Source: Geosiphon pyriformis uo1 (lineage: Eukaryota; Fungi; Glomeromycota). Taken from it: DNA of 64,000 bases. Positions 23,501 to 36,780 of the stretch are shown in pieces. The notes below the pieces were generated by a model. It had not been told where the DNA came from. It worked only from the letters and a program-made list of their open reading frames with translations, and ran no database searches. The position numbers were made by a program, and so were the translations under genes. The stretch covers positions 689,667 through 753,666 of the forward strand of contig JAAOMT010000706.1 of NCBI GenBank assembly GCA_016748015.1, read 5' to 3'. The first letter of the stretch is position 1. Every line of letters begins with the position of its first letter.

Positions 23501-24377
23501 TATGATTGGGTTAGGTTTGTGTTTGTGTAGGGCAAGGTATTTGTTTGCATTCATTTAAAAATTCGAAAATTTTTAATCACATAAAAGTGCATATCAAATG
23601 TTGAAAATTTAAAACAAAATTTAAAAATGTGCATCATATTACATGACCATTAGATGCTATAGACGGACACAAATTTATTCATAATGATCTAAAGAAATAA
23701 TAGCAGATCTAAACTTCAAGATAATTGAAAAAGGATTCAAGAGTACTCGAACTGCATAATATATTTCACTTGCAAAAATCAAATAGGTTTTAATCTCAAA
23801 ATATTTTTTACTAATATTTTTAATCGATTTATTAGGCAAAGTAAATATGTATATAGACACAATAAAATCAGAAAGCCTTTCAAATTTGGGGGTTTTTTTG
23901 GAGTCATCCTTTTATTGAATTTAATGCCAAGAAACTGGTCATAATTTTTTAATTTAATTTCTTTGGCTTGTGAATTCAAAATTTAAGAATAATCTTTGTT
24001 CATATGAGCTTCTGATCAAAAAAAATTTTTTATAGATGCATTTATATTTCGTAAACTATTGTTCTACATATCATTTATTGATTTTTAGTAAAATTATAGT
24101 CTTTAATACTTCATCAATAAAATGAGCTCATAGTTATGATATACTTGGCTTTCAATCAAAAACATATTAATTTTCTGTAAAATGCCCATAAAAAGAACAG
24201 TTAAAGGATTGGGTCTAAATTTGATTCCTAGATTTTTCCTCCCTCGTTTGAATGAATTCTTTATTTTAGATAAAATTAATTTTTCTCTCATTAGAATCCA
24301 TTTCCTTTACATGATAGCACAATAGTTCAAAGACCCTAACTTAATAACCAAAAAAGAGTCTTGTTTCATCAATTTTC

Positions 24378-27300
24378 ATGTCAGAAACTTTAGTTCCTGC
24401 CGCTTTAAAATTGACCGATTTTGTTCGTCGACCAGGCTGTGGACATGAAGGGCGAGAGATACGTGTCCGAGCCAACTTTTTCGAAGTTCTTAAATTCCCA
24501 ATTTCCAACCTAATACATTATGATGTTATGGTGACACCTGATGTGCCACCTTCCTTAAATCGCAAGGTATTTCAATCTTTCGAGGAGACCCATCCTTCTG
24601 AAGCAATGCCCGTTTACGATGGTAACCATTTATGAATAAAAGTTTAACTTTGCAACTTTTACTTATAATTGTCTTTAAATTTGTCCATGTAATAATATAA
24701 ATCATTGAGAAATAACTTAAATCCAAAAATTACCAAATCAATTTGGCAAGCCCTAATTTTGTGAGCTTCTTACCTTTACAACTTATAGGGCGTAGAAATG
24801 TATTCTCTAACAAGATTTTACCTTTTGGGGATGCTGCTACTTTCCAAGTAGGATTATTATTGAAATGTTTTTTTATTGAAAATTTTTTGAGAGCTCTCTG
24901 AAACTAAATATATTGACTTCCACCCCAAAACTTTTTAATCTTCATTTTAGGTCAATTTACCCCAAGAAAATAGTTCAAGAGCTCACCAAACTTTTACCTT
25001 GATATTCAAAAAAGTAGCACAAATAAATATGGAGGAGCTGAAACAATTTTTGAAAGGTGAAAGCCCTTTAACACCAAATTGTTTAACAGGTATAAAAATT
25101 GGGTAAATTGTAATTATTTATATGCTTAGCCACTAATCTTTTTTCATTTTCACCAGGAATTATGGCTCTGGACGTCTTGATAAGACATCATCTATCAATG
25201 CTATTTACAACTGTCGGTCGTTCCTTTTATACATCCCAAAATTCACAAGTATTGTCGGGAGGTGTTGAAGCCTGGCAGGGTTATTATCAGTCTGTTCGTC
25301 CGGCTCGAGGTAAGTATAAATAATTTCATTCATAAACTTCAATACTACTTTATCAAATAAATTTTTTTTTAATTTCAGACAAAATGATGATTAATGTTAG
25401 CCTCACTGCAAGCGCATTTTATGAAGGAGGGCCAGTTTTGCAGTTGGTTTGCAAACAGCTTGGAAAAAGAAGTGCGATTGAGTTAGCTCGAGGAATACCC
25501 GATAATGATCGCCTAAAACTCGAAAAATCTCTAAAATATTTAAAGGTCAGAGTAACTCATCGAGGGACCTCCGCGAGTCAGCTTCGATTCCGTATTATAG
25601 GATTGACAGAACTTGGAGCTAATAAATTAATATTTACTGGGGCTGATAATTTGCAAATGGACGTTGCTTCTTACTTCGAAACGCAATATAATTATCGTTT
25701 AATTTATCCTTACCTTCCTTGTGTTATTATACGAAGGAATAATTTTCTGCCTATGGAAGTTTGTGAAGTGATTGAGGTGTGAGCTGTTGTCAGTTTTTTG
25801 ATTAATGTTTTTCTTTCCGATTCCAATTCTTTTACGACTTTGTCTTTTTGATATTTTTAGGGCCAAAGATATATTCGAAAACTCAATGAAAAACAAACGG
25901 CAGATATGATCAAATTTACTTGTCAACCCCCTAATATTCGAGCTAACAAAATTAATCAGGGCTTATCACTTTTAAATTATAATGATAGTGACTATATGAG
26001 AGGATTTGGAATGAAAGTTTCGAATGAAATGGCACTAGTAAATAGTGAAGGATGTTTATCCTTTGCTCTCTCATTTTAAAAAATATTGACTAAAAAATCT
26101 GAAATTTCAACTTAAGATTCCAGCGAGAGTTCTTCCTGCCCCCACTCTTCATTATCATCCGAGTTCACGGGAAGCTATTTTTCAGCCTCGAGATGGAACT
26201 TGGAATCTTCGGAATAAGAAAGTCGCTACAGGTGCTACGCTCGGGTCATGGTCGGTTGTGGTATTTGGAAACGAGCATGGGTTTCCAATGCAAGCCATGA
26301 AAAATTTTGTTAGAGAACTTGTCATTACCTGCACAGACACTGGAATGGTTAAATATTAATTTGGGATTCCTGTCTCTTTCTTATTTGAAATTTCTTTAAT
26401 CTTAGTTGAGAAAGCTTATTAGGACATAAGAAACAAAACTCCCCCAATCCTTCATGCCAATCCTATTGGGGATGTTGAAGGCACAATAAAGCAAGCATGG
26501 ATCCGTGCAGGAAACTTGGCCAAAGCACGGCCACAATTGATTCTTATTATCCTCCCTAATGCTGGCGAGAAATTGTATGCTGAAATTAAGCGAGTTGGAG
26601 ATACTGTGATTGGGGTGGCAACACAGTGTTGCCAAGGAAAACATGCATTTGCAGTAAAAAAACAATACTGTGCTAACGTCTGTCTCAAAATCAACGTCAA
26701 GCTTGGAGGGATGAATTCTTTCCTGCCACCTAACGAAATTCAATTCATCTCTGGGCGACCCACCATTTTAATTGGAGCCGATGTGGCACATTCTTTTTCA
26801 GGTGTTTATAGTTTCTATATGAATTAGTGTTTTTGAACCTTTCAAAAGTTTAACTAATAAGTTTTTATTTTAGAAAATCCCTCCCGTCCATCCATCGCTG
26901 CGGTTTGTGGTTCAATGGATGCAAAGGCATCAAGGTATTCAGCCTCAATTCGCGTCCAAACAGCTCGTCAAGATATTATTGATGATCTAGCTGGGATGAT
27001 TAAAGAGCTTCTCAAGACTTTCTATCAAACATGTGGAAAAAAACCCGAACGTATTCTGATGTATCGGGATGGAGTTTCAGAGAGTCAATTTGCCGCTGTT
27101 TTAGCAGACGAGGTGACAGCTATACGAGGTAGTTTAGTTCCAAAATTTTAATGATTTTAAATATGAAAACAAAACTAATTATCAAAAAAAAATAATTACC
27201 TACAGCCGCCTGTCATTCTCTTGAGCCATCATATAAACCTACTCTAACATTCGTTATTGTGCAAAAAGGGCATCATGCCCGTTTCTTCCCAATTGACAGA

Positions 27301-28012
27301 AAAGAGGCAGATCGTAGTGGAAATTGCCTCCCAGGTACCGTGGTCGAAAGAATGATTACACATCCAGTAGAGTTTGACTTCTGTAAGTGTTTACTATCCT
27401 TCGTGTATTACACCTAACTCTTTCATTGAACATAATAATACTTGATTAATTTAGACCTGCTAAGTCATGCGGGTTTACAAGGAACATCTCGCCCTTGTCA
27501 TTATCATGTACTGCTAGACGAAAATCATTTTATCCCTGACGAGTAAGTTTGCTAAAATATAAGCTTTTCAAATGTAAAATATGAATGAAAATTCTATTCA
27601 CAAACTTTAATTCACATAATTTATTATAGCCTTCAAACACTTTCATATAACTTGTGTTATTTGTATGCAAGATGTACTCGGGCAGTGTCCTTGGTATTTA
27701 CAACAATAAATAATCGTTGCTATTCCAAGAATAATTAATCGTATCAAAATTATATTATTACTATTCTTACAGGTTCCTCCAGTTTATTATGCGCATCTGA
27801 TTTGCAAAAGAGCTCGTTTTCACGCGTATGGAAGCTTTTCTGATGCCACGTCGTCAGATGAAGAAATTTTCACGGAAGCCTCCTTTGCCACAGTAAAACC
27901 GGAACTTCAAAGAGTAAGTCTGTAACTGAATTTTTATAAATTTGAATATAACTTGAACCTTTACTAATTTTCAGCTTAAAATTTGATTTTTTAGGTCATG
28001 TATTTTATGTAA
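24378..28012 (+). CDS. ago: Argonaute (QDE-2/Ago1-like; N-L1-PAZ-L2-MID-PIWI), 14 exons
   Basis: [39 protein letters not shown] (PAZ), YAEIKR..TQC (MID), [45 protein letters not shown], terminal VMYFM*; 13 GT-AG introns (about 24622-24788, 24848-24950, 25090-25156, 25310-25378, 25777-25860, 26038-26116, 26347-26422, 26802-26872, 27129-27205, 27383-27454, 27543-27629, 27694-27772, 27914-27994). Confidence 0.97.
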
Positions 28013-29577
28013 ACATGGTTAAACTTTTTGCTTTAAATTATTGAAGTGATGATAATTAATTTCTCTCATGTAGAATACTTACATTTGATGTCTCTTTATT
28101 CCTTGGATATAGTTTTATTGTTCTATAATGTCCGAAAATGAATTGTAGCTTTCATATATTTATAAGTTAAAACTGAGTAAGAATGATTTTAAGCCTGTGA
28201 AAATTCATTTTTAAATAATTATGCTTTCTAATTATATTTATAGAATGAATACATGTATTTTATTGGTATTTGATCAAAATTCAACTAGACAAATGTTGCG
28301 AATTATTAGGGGCACTTTTTTTTCTTTTTCATATTCCTATATAACTTAATAATCATTTGCACAATCCTGTGACAAAAATAATATACATGAAACCTATTTT
28401 AGATTTAATTTAATAAAAATTGAACCAAATGGATTCTTTCGATTAATTTTTTGTTTTTTTTTAATTTAGTTTGAAAATTTATTCTATCCAACATTATGTA
28501 ATATGGCAACTGTTTAGAAATAAATATATATACATACATTTAAACCGAAATTATGGGGTATTTGATGTCAAATCTTTTTTTTTTTTTGAATAGATTTCCA
28601 TTTTTTTAAAAAATAAAAGTTATAACAATGGTTTAAACATAGGCTTTTTACAAAAGAATTGTACAAATAGCGTGCACAAAAAAAAAATTATTTTCAAACA
28701 AACAAACAAGCAAAGCAAAGTAAAACAAGCAAAGCAAAGTAAATTAAAGTAAAACAATCAAATCAAAATAACAAAAAAAAACGATAGACAAATTAAAAAA
28801 ATAAAGAAAAACGGAAAAACTTGTCGAAAACGTGAGTTTGAAAAATAAAAATAAAATAAGTCAGCTGATAGGTAAAAAAATTCTGAAACAGGTTAATCTA
28901 TTTGTGTAACAAACTAGAATTTTTGTAATATCATCCCAGATATCTCATATCTATAACCTTTATCAGTTCGTACATTGTCCCGTTAAACTTGAGGAGTAAT
29001 CGCAAAAAATTAAAGCAAAGTGTAAATGAAAATGCAAACATTTTTTTTTAGTCGAGAATCTCTCAAACAACTTATGTAAATACAAAACTGATCCCAGATA
29101 TTAAAATTTGATAACCCTCCGTTCGGGTTAGCAATGGAAATTGCTCCTTCGGCCATAAAATAGAAATGATTTTGATAATCTCAGATTTTCATGGAAATAA
29201 GTTACCATTATATATATTTTGAATTAAATAATAATTATATGTAACTACCCGATGCGATAAAAGTCCAAAGAAAATACTAATATAAATACAAATAAATAAG
29301 TCATTTTCTTTGAAAATAGGATCAAAAATTAAACAACTTAGAAACCCCATATGCACGTGAGATATGATCCCAAGGGGAAATTATCCAAAGCAACACTTTT
29401 AAAAAATCCTCCATACAATATAAGAATGATTCATCAAGATTAATTCAAATATTAGGGAAGAAATATTCAAGGGCTACAATAAAAAAAATTCTTTGAAAAG
29501 ATAGAGTGTCCTTTTGTAGAGCGTTTTAAACGAATGGCTACGTGAATTTCGTTATTGGTGTTTTCGGTTCTTTGCGA

Positions 29578-30526
29578 TTATGAACTAGGCTGACTCAAAT
29601 CCCATAATGGTAAGCTGATTGGTGACAGGTCGGGAGTAAGAAGAACTGCGGCAAAGCAGTACCATACAATTAAACTTGTAATGACTGTTTCAAAAAAAAA
29701 ATTGAAAAGAATTGTGAATAAACGAGAAATAAACGAGAAATGATCAGAATTTTTTTTTTCAAATACATACTGCCAAGAACACCAGCAATCGTCTGGAAGG
29801 CAATGACTCGGGTGAAATGGAAAAGTGTGAGCGAGATAAAAACACCAGTCAGAAAAACAAAGGCCGAAAGAACACCCATATTAGTTCGAATACATGCCAA
29901 TGTGAAGATAAAAGTAACTATAAAATATAGGAATAAAGAAATCAGTTTAAAAAAAGCCATTATATATATGGTTTGCAAAATTTTTTAAATTCCTTACAAA
30001 TTGTCCAAGCAAGACAATAAACACCAAGGGCGTTATCGTACATTACTTTTTCGGCGGAATATGCTGATTCAATTCCCTATTTATACGCATGAATAATATG
30101 ATTTAAATGAAAGGTCATGAGCAAATTCATAGATATTATCAAATTTTGAAATCTAATACTTACAAAACCGCTGATATATAAGGCGGCATAAGAAGCCCAG
30201 AAACCACCGAAAGCGCTGAATCCAGTTCCACCAAACGTATTACCAACTCGGAATTCCCACATTCCAGCAGCGAATTGAACGACACCACCAGTGAAAAGAG
30301 CAACACCAACAGCAACATTTGGAAGACTGATACCAAAAGCTTGACAGTTATAGAAGGCTGTTATCATAACTGAGAGAGCAAAAGCTGATAAGCCTAATGG
30401 TGTAGGATTGCCTATTTTTGGTTTAACATGTCGTATAGAAGCTGTTGGACGAGGATGTCCAACCTCGAGTTGACTGATATCAGGTTTTTCCGATTTGGTA
30501 TAATCATGTGGATTATCGGAAGACAT
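29578..30526 (-). CDS. Gpr1/Fun34/YaaH (SatP/Ady2-type) acetate/ammonia transporter, 4 exons
   Basis: NPTPLGL signature, GGVVQFAAGMWEF..GNTFG.T.FSAFGGFW; spliced final exon ...VWYCFAAVLLTPDLSPISLPLWDLSQPSS*. Confidence 0.93.
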
Positions 30527-32744
30527 TTTGAAGATTAAGTGAGATTAAGTTTTGGTATTAGGAATTTTTTAAAAGGATTGACACAAAAGAACAGTTCGAA
30601 ATGTGAAATTAGTTGATTAATAATAATAATAATAATAATAATAATTCAAGGATAAAAGACAAGCTGATAAATTTTTTCAAAAAAAAAACAGATTTATTTG
30701 CTCTGCGTAAATCCCCAACCAGAGGGATATTAGCCAATAAAAGAGAAAAGAAAGAGGATAAAAATTCAAAGATAAAAATTGGTTGGTGGGGGAGAAATTC
30801 TGGGTAGTTTTATAGCATTCAAAAAATGTTTGGTGAATTGATTTTTACGTTTGGGATATGAAACGGATATACGAGATATCTTAATACAAATTCGAAATCT
30901 CACGGATGGCTAAATTTAACGTGAGATCAGATAGGATGAATTTTTAGTATTAACATGTTAATATTTTGAAACTTACAAGGATTAAGTGAGATTTTCCTCG
31001 TAAATAATTTCACGGTAGTCAACAAATGAATCTCAGAAATAAGAAACCACCCGAACTCAATAATTCGAACAACCATTCTTTTGCCGATAATCTTGATTTT
31101 CAATAAAATTTTTTGGCAAACAATATCTGAGTTATGGTTCAATTAATTGATGTTTATAAATAATGGTTATGTTACCTTTGAAGATCTAAAATATTTTCTT
31201 CGTCGGAGATTACCTTTCAAATCAAGGAAAAAATTCTTTTCATATTGTCTCCTTCCCAAAAGACTTGAATCAACAAAAAAATTTAGGACCATATGGCATC
31301 AATGATAACCCGATGTATGATGTTTCAAAATGAACCTTTAATTGTAATCCTTTGATTTTAAAGATTATGATTAGAAAAAAGATAATGGATGTTGATCATT
31401 GTCACAGTTGTTCATGATGAGGAATAGAGATTTGATACACATGATCAAAAAAGAGTCTGAAGCGTGGAATAAAGAACCTTTCTTTCTTTCTTGATTTATT
31501 TTTTCAAAAAGAAAAAGGCTATTGCCTTTTTTGTAATATTCAAACAAGAGATCTAGTTCTTTCAAGCTTCAAAATCAGATTAATACAAGTTGAAACTCTT
31601 AAAGATTCGAACTCGTTTAGCTATTATCAACTCTATAAAAAATCTGGTGGCTTTAAGAGAGTAAAACTATCGTCAGAATCTAATGCATTTAAAATTCAAC
31701 AGCAGTAACTTTCAAATCCGAGAAAAAATTCGAAATATTATTTTTGTTAAAAGCATGACATTTCACAATCATCTTGCGTTCCTTGATTTCGAAAGAGTGT
31801 TGGAATATTTGCGAAATTTTTACTTGAGATAGAGTTCATTAGTTTCACATTTTTCACTTTAACTACCCCAAATTAAAAATAATTAATAAATAGTTTATAA
31901 TTTCTACTGCTTGATGCCTTTTTCCAAAATACAATATAAGCTTGATATTAAGAAGGTCGAAAGATAGATGTTATAAATTTGTTAAAATTCAAAATAAATA
32001 AATCTTTTTTTGTGCTTGGCGTGACTAAACTTGTTCATCACCTTGTTAATTAATATTTCTATGTTAAGAAGATTCACAATGCATCATTCCAAAAATGCTT
32101 GTGAGGTTATAATACTACTGAACGCGAAAGTTTGACACTTCAAATATTTTGTTGTTAAATTAGCTTTGAGAATATATTTAATATTGTTGATAAAGTCATT
32201 AGTTCAATTTTTGAAACTTTTTTGTCTACTAATAATGACCATTTTATTTTTTGTTTGCATTAGAGCGAAAAATAGATTTTTTTTTCGTATCATAAAAAGA
32301 ATTAAAAATGTGTGAATTTTCAAGATTTGAAATAAACTCTAATCAATTTTTTATTCTTAACTAAATTGTATATGACATTTTTTGTGTGTATTTTTTCTTT
32401 AAAATTCTGAAACAGTATATTAAATAATTTATTAAATGAATGTATTTGATTTCAAACTTCAATTATTTATAAAATCTTTTTAACAATATTTCTTGGTGTT
32501 TTTATTTATTATTGTTAAAACGAAAATGAAACTCTAAAGCTTTTTTTTTAAGAAATTGGCAAGAAATATTGTTTTAAAAAAGATTATTTTAAGATGTTTT
32601 ATTATAATGTTAGATGAAATTATTTTCAATGAATTTTAATAATATATGAATCGTTCATTTATAAAAATTATTTTTAAATTTGAATTTAAATTTAAATATA
32701 ATCTTTTATAAACTGACAAATAGATAAATAAATATTTAAATTAA

Positions 32745-33480
32745 ACCACATATTGACAATCCAAGGTTCATCTATAAAAAAAGAATTGAAGGATCAATTA
32801 TTTCATTCGTTGAATTTTGGAAAAAAAACCGGTTTCCATTCTAAAAATGAAGAAGGCTCTGATTGCATATAAATTCTATTACCAAAATATTAATAATTCA
32901 TAACATTTCCTAAAGAAAAGTTAAATGAGCTCAAAAAAACTTTAGGATGCTCAATTAAATATGATTCTTTGCACACACTAAAATGAAATTAAAATATCTA
33001 ATTCTTGTTTTTGAATTCTTAATATTATTAAATATTAATAATTTCGTCAAAAGGTTTTTTGGTAACAATCCATGTTTACATTAAAGTTAATAAATTTGTC
33101 TTTGAGCAGCTTTATTATAAAGTTGAAGAAAATGTCTATAAATCAAAAAATATTTGAAAAATTAAAATTGAAAATTTTGAACCTCAATGGTCAAGTCTTT
33201 ATGACTTTTTACAATCAAAAAAATTTTTTATTTATATCGTTTGACATTTGATAAACCTTAAAAATGTAAGTATCCTGAAATAAGTTTTATAAGATATTCC
33301 AATCTTAAATTCAACCTATCTGTTACTTGATATCGTCTTAACAAATACATAACTCCTGAAACCGGCGTTCCATTTTTCCGAGAAGCACTTTCAAATATCT
33401 AAGATTGTAAATGGCTGAACCTTTAATGAATACAAAAGTATATCATACTACTCCACTTCATATCGTAGCAGCCTGATACT
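32745..33480 (+). pseudogene. Possible heavily decayed coding relic, family unidentified
   Basis: Higher-complexity island with short codon-like runs (e.g. FPKEKLNELKKTLGCSIKYDSLHTL) broken by stops. Confidence 0.2.
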
Positions 33481-34444
33481 CTATATACAATAAATAAGTT
33501 TCAGTCATCACAAATTGACAACCCACTATTTCCAATTGTGTTTTTTATTTCTGTTTAATATATTTTTTTATAAATTAAAATTTTATAAAATAATTACACC
33601 ATTTTAAAAATACTAATCATTTAAATTTAAGTAAAATTGTTGTTTAAATTGAATACATGAAATTTTAATTCAAGAATTTGTTCAAATTAAGGCTATATTG
33701 AATAATTACTTTTGATAAAACTAAAATTTAATCAGCAAACTCTGTTACAGATAAAATTTTACTTTATTGTTTGCAGAAATTATAATAAAATAATAAAGCA
33801 CAGTGTTTATTTGAAGTTATTATATAATATAATTAAAATAATATATTATTTTAAATGATTAAAAAAAACTAAATAAATCAGTTTTGATTTGATTAAATTT
33901 TCATACTTTTTCATAAAAAGCTTTAATACAATGTTTTCAAAGTATGAATTCTATAAATTAATAATTATAATCTTTAGTTACTAATCTCTTTTAATTTCAA
34001 ATATTAAAAGTCATGTATTAAAAAAAAGTTAATTTTCAAAATATTTCATATTTCTGTTAATGTTTTTGAATTTTATAATAATTATGGTAATTTCTTTGTC
34101 ATTAATTGAGTTAACTTTAATTTTAATAATTTTTTATTTTTAGAAAATTATTTTTTTATAAAATCTTTATTTATTTCAGGCGTCAAAAATCAAAAATCAT
34201 TCCATTTTCAATAGTTATCGCTCATTTTTTGAGTTTTTGTTATTTTACAACAAAATACTAGTGGATTAAAAATAAATTTCAAAAGTTTCGCATAAAATTA
34301 GTATTTTAGACAAATTAATATTTTCACAATTTTTTTAAAGATATTTTATTTATTAGAATTTTGATATTAATATTATAAAAATTATATTTTTAATTGCATT
34401 TTAAATTTTAAGTTAAAAAAGTTTAAAGAGTTTTATTATTTAAA

Positions 34445-34479
<35 letters not shown>

Positions 34480-35229
34480 TATTATTTTAATATTCGAAAA
34501 TATTATAAACTAATCTCGTTAATTTTATAAAGCTAAGCACAAATATTTTCAAAATTAAAGAATATTAGCATTTTTAAGTAATATTTTATGCATGTTAATA
34601 AATAAAATATATATTTTAGTGTATTAATCTTTTATATAATTTTAAACATAGAATATATTTTTTTATGAATTAATAAGGATTATGAAAAATCGTCTTAATA
34701 ATTTTTTTTAAACATTTTTAGATTGAAACAAATTAAAAGAATTTAGTCTTTTGAATAAAAAAATAAAAAATTTTCTAAATTGGATAAAATAAACTTTAAT
34801 AATTTGTAAATTAATACCTATTTGTAACTTAGTTAAGACAATTTAAAAGGAAAAAACAATTGTAATTAAAATTAAAAAAAAAACGTATTTATTATTAGGT
34901 AATCTTACTTACTTTCCAAGCAAAAAATTTAAATTTTTTTAAATAAATTTTGAATTGAAATAGTTGAAAAAAAAAACGTAAATTTTTTTGAATAGATAAA
35001 ATTTAATTTACTTTTTCAAAATATATTAAAATTAAAAGTTTAAATTAAATTTCAAGTATTTTATTCTGCAGTATTTCGAATATTAATTATATTATCAAGG
35101 TCCCCAATCACAATCAATTGATTTAGCCTTAACTGTTAGTCTTCTGGAAGATTAGATAAATGAAAAAAAATTTAACATATCAATTTAGTTAATGAATTAA
35201 TTAATTAATTTAAAGTTTATGACTTAGAA

Positions 35230-36780
35230 ATTGAAAGAACAAACTCAACCTTTTGGCCAGTTAAAAGACGACTTTTATAAACTGCTTCTGGATGAATTAT
35301 TGTCATGTTGAGATTTTTGTTGTCAAGTCAAGTTTCTTAGTTTTTTTAAGAAATTTGAAGGTTTATTGTCGAGTCGTCCCTTTCGCACTTTATTTTATAT
35401 ACTTCTCTGAATTACTAAACTCTGAACCAACCAAAAGAAAAACGAAGTTGCAACTACTTTGAATAAACTTTTTTGGCAGTAAGATGATTCTCAGGATTAG
35501 CATCCCAACACTTTTCAATTATTTCGACAATACAAGGTAGAATAGGTGGGAGGTAATGAACATTTCAAATAGTCATTAAAGAGTTAGGATTATGAAAATA
35601 TCATCAAAGGGAGGCAATTACCATAATATTATAGCAAAACTATAAATATTACCAACCGTCGTAAACTTTTCTCTTTAAAACTTTTGGCAAAATTTAAGGA
35701 ATTACTCCTATATATATTTTTCTCTCTGATGCAACGATTATTTCTAAGTTATTAATAAGTTGATATAATTCGAGGTCTCTAATATTTAAATACTGCTCAC
35801 TATATTATAAAATGTTGCCCGAGTGTAGGTTACGATGAACCATACAAGAAGAATGAATATTAACAAGTCCTATAGATATTCTACGCGATCCTTAATTTAT
35901 TAGGCTAACTCATAGAATAAAAATTTGTTGATAAAATATTTCCGCATGTTTCCATGTTCGGGAAACTCTATCAAAATTTCATACTCGAATGTTTCAGCGT
36001 TTTGCGTAATTCCATACATTGTGGAGATATATCTTAAATATTTACCTTTGTTATTAATAAACATAGCTCTTTGATTAATAGTGCAAAAAAATGATAAATA
36101 AATAATAGGTAAATTATAATATAAATAATAATAATTTAATAATCGCTTTAACCATTTCTTCACTATTCTTTATAAATTTTATTGCCTCTATCTCTTTTTT
36201 CTTTATCATAAAGAAATTAGTCTTTTATATTCTATTTTACCATAATGTTTTTATACTAAAATGATCAATTACTCAATTAATATGTGTTGCTTATAAATTA
36301 TACCGAACCTGCCGCACCTATTGTTTATAATACTAACATAGCAGGGGATATTTATTTCTATCTCTAGCAGCATTTTCATACAATCTTAAGGTAATTTTAG
36401 AATTCTTTTAAAATATGCACATTCTTGAGTACCAAATAAATATAATTGAAATCATGCTTCCAAATTTTCTTGTTTTGCTGCTTCATTATACCAATAATTT
36501 GCTTTCCCAATGCTAATTAAGTAGGAGCAAACCCTTTTTCTGCAATTTCTTCGAATCGTTCAAATGCAAGGGATTTTAATTGTTTCGAGATCCAATCCCG
36601 CATGAATTTTCTACAACACAAAATGTCCCAACCGGGTTTCCTTTATACATTGCATAAAACAAAAGATCTAAGCAATTTAGTAAAAACAGGTTTAAATTTT
36701 AGGAAGCCGTTGTCTTTTGTTAATGTTGTCATGAGGCAATTCCATGCTTCTTTGTTGACATTGGGTTGATATCATTTGAG
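35230..36780 (-). pseudogene. Decayed Sel1-repeat plus TKL-type protein kinase gene
   Basis: Minus-strand fragments: LAFERFEEIAEKGFAP, ANYWYNEAAKQENLEA*FQL (Sel1-like); MYGITQNAETFEYEILIEFPEHGNMRKY, GLVNIHSSCMVHRNLHSGNIL*, PCIVEIIEKCWDANPENHLTAKKV (kinase subdomains IV-XI); many stops and frameshifts. Confidence 0.8.

Noticed and set aside
15026-28012. Functional coupling between the Fanzor relic and the Argonaute
   Set aside because: 8 kb apart with an unrelated gene between; the Argonaute is an intron-rich eukaryotic type, so proximity alone is not evidence.
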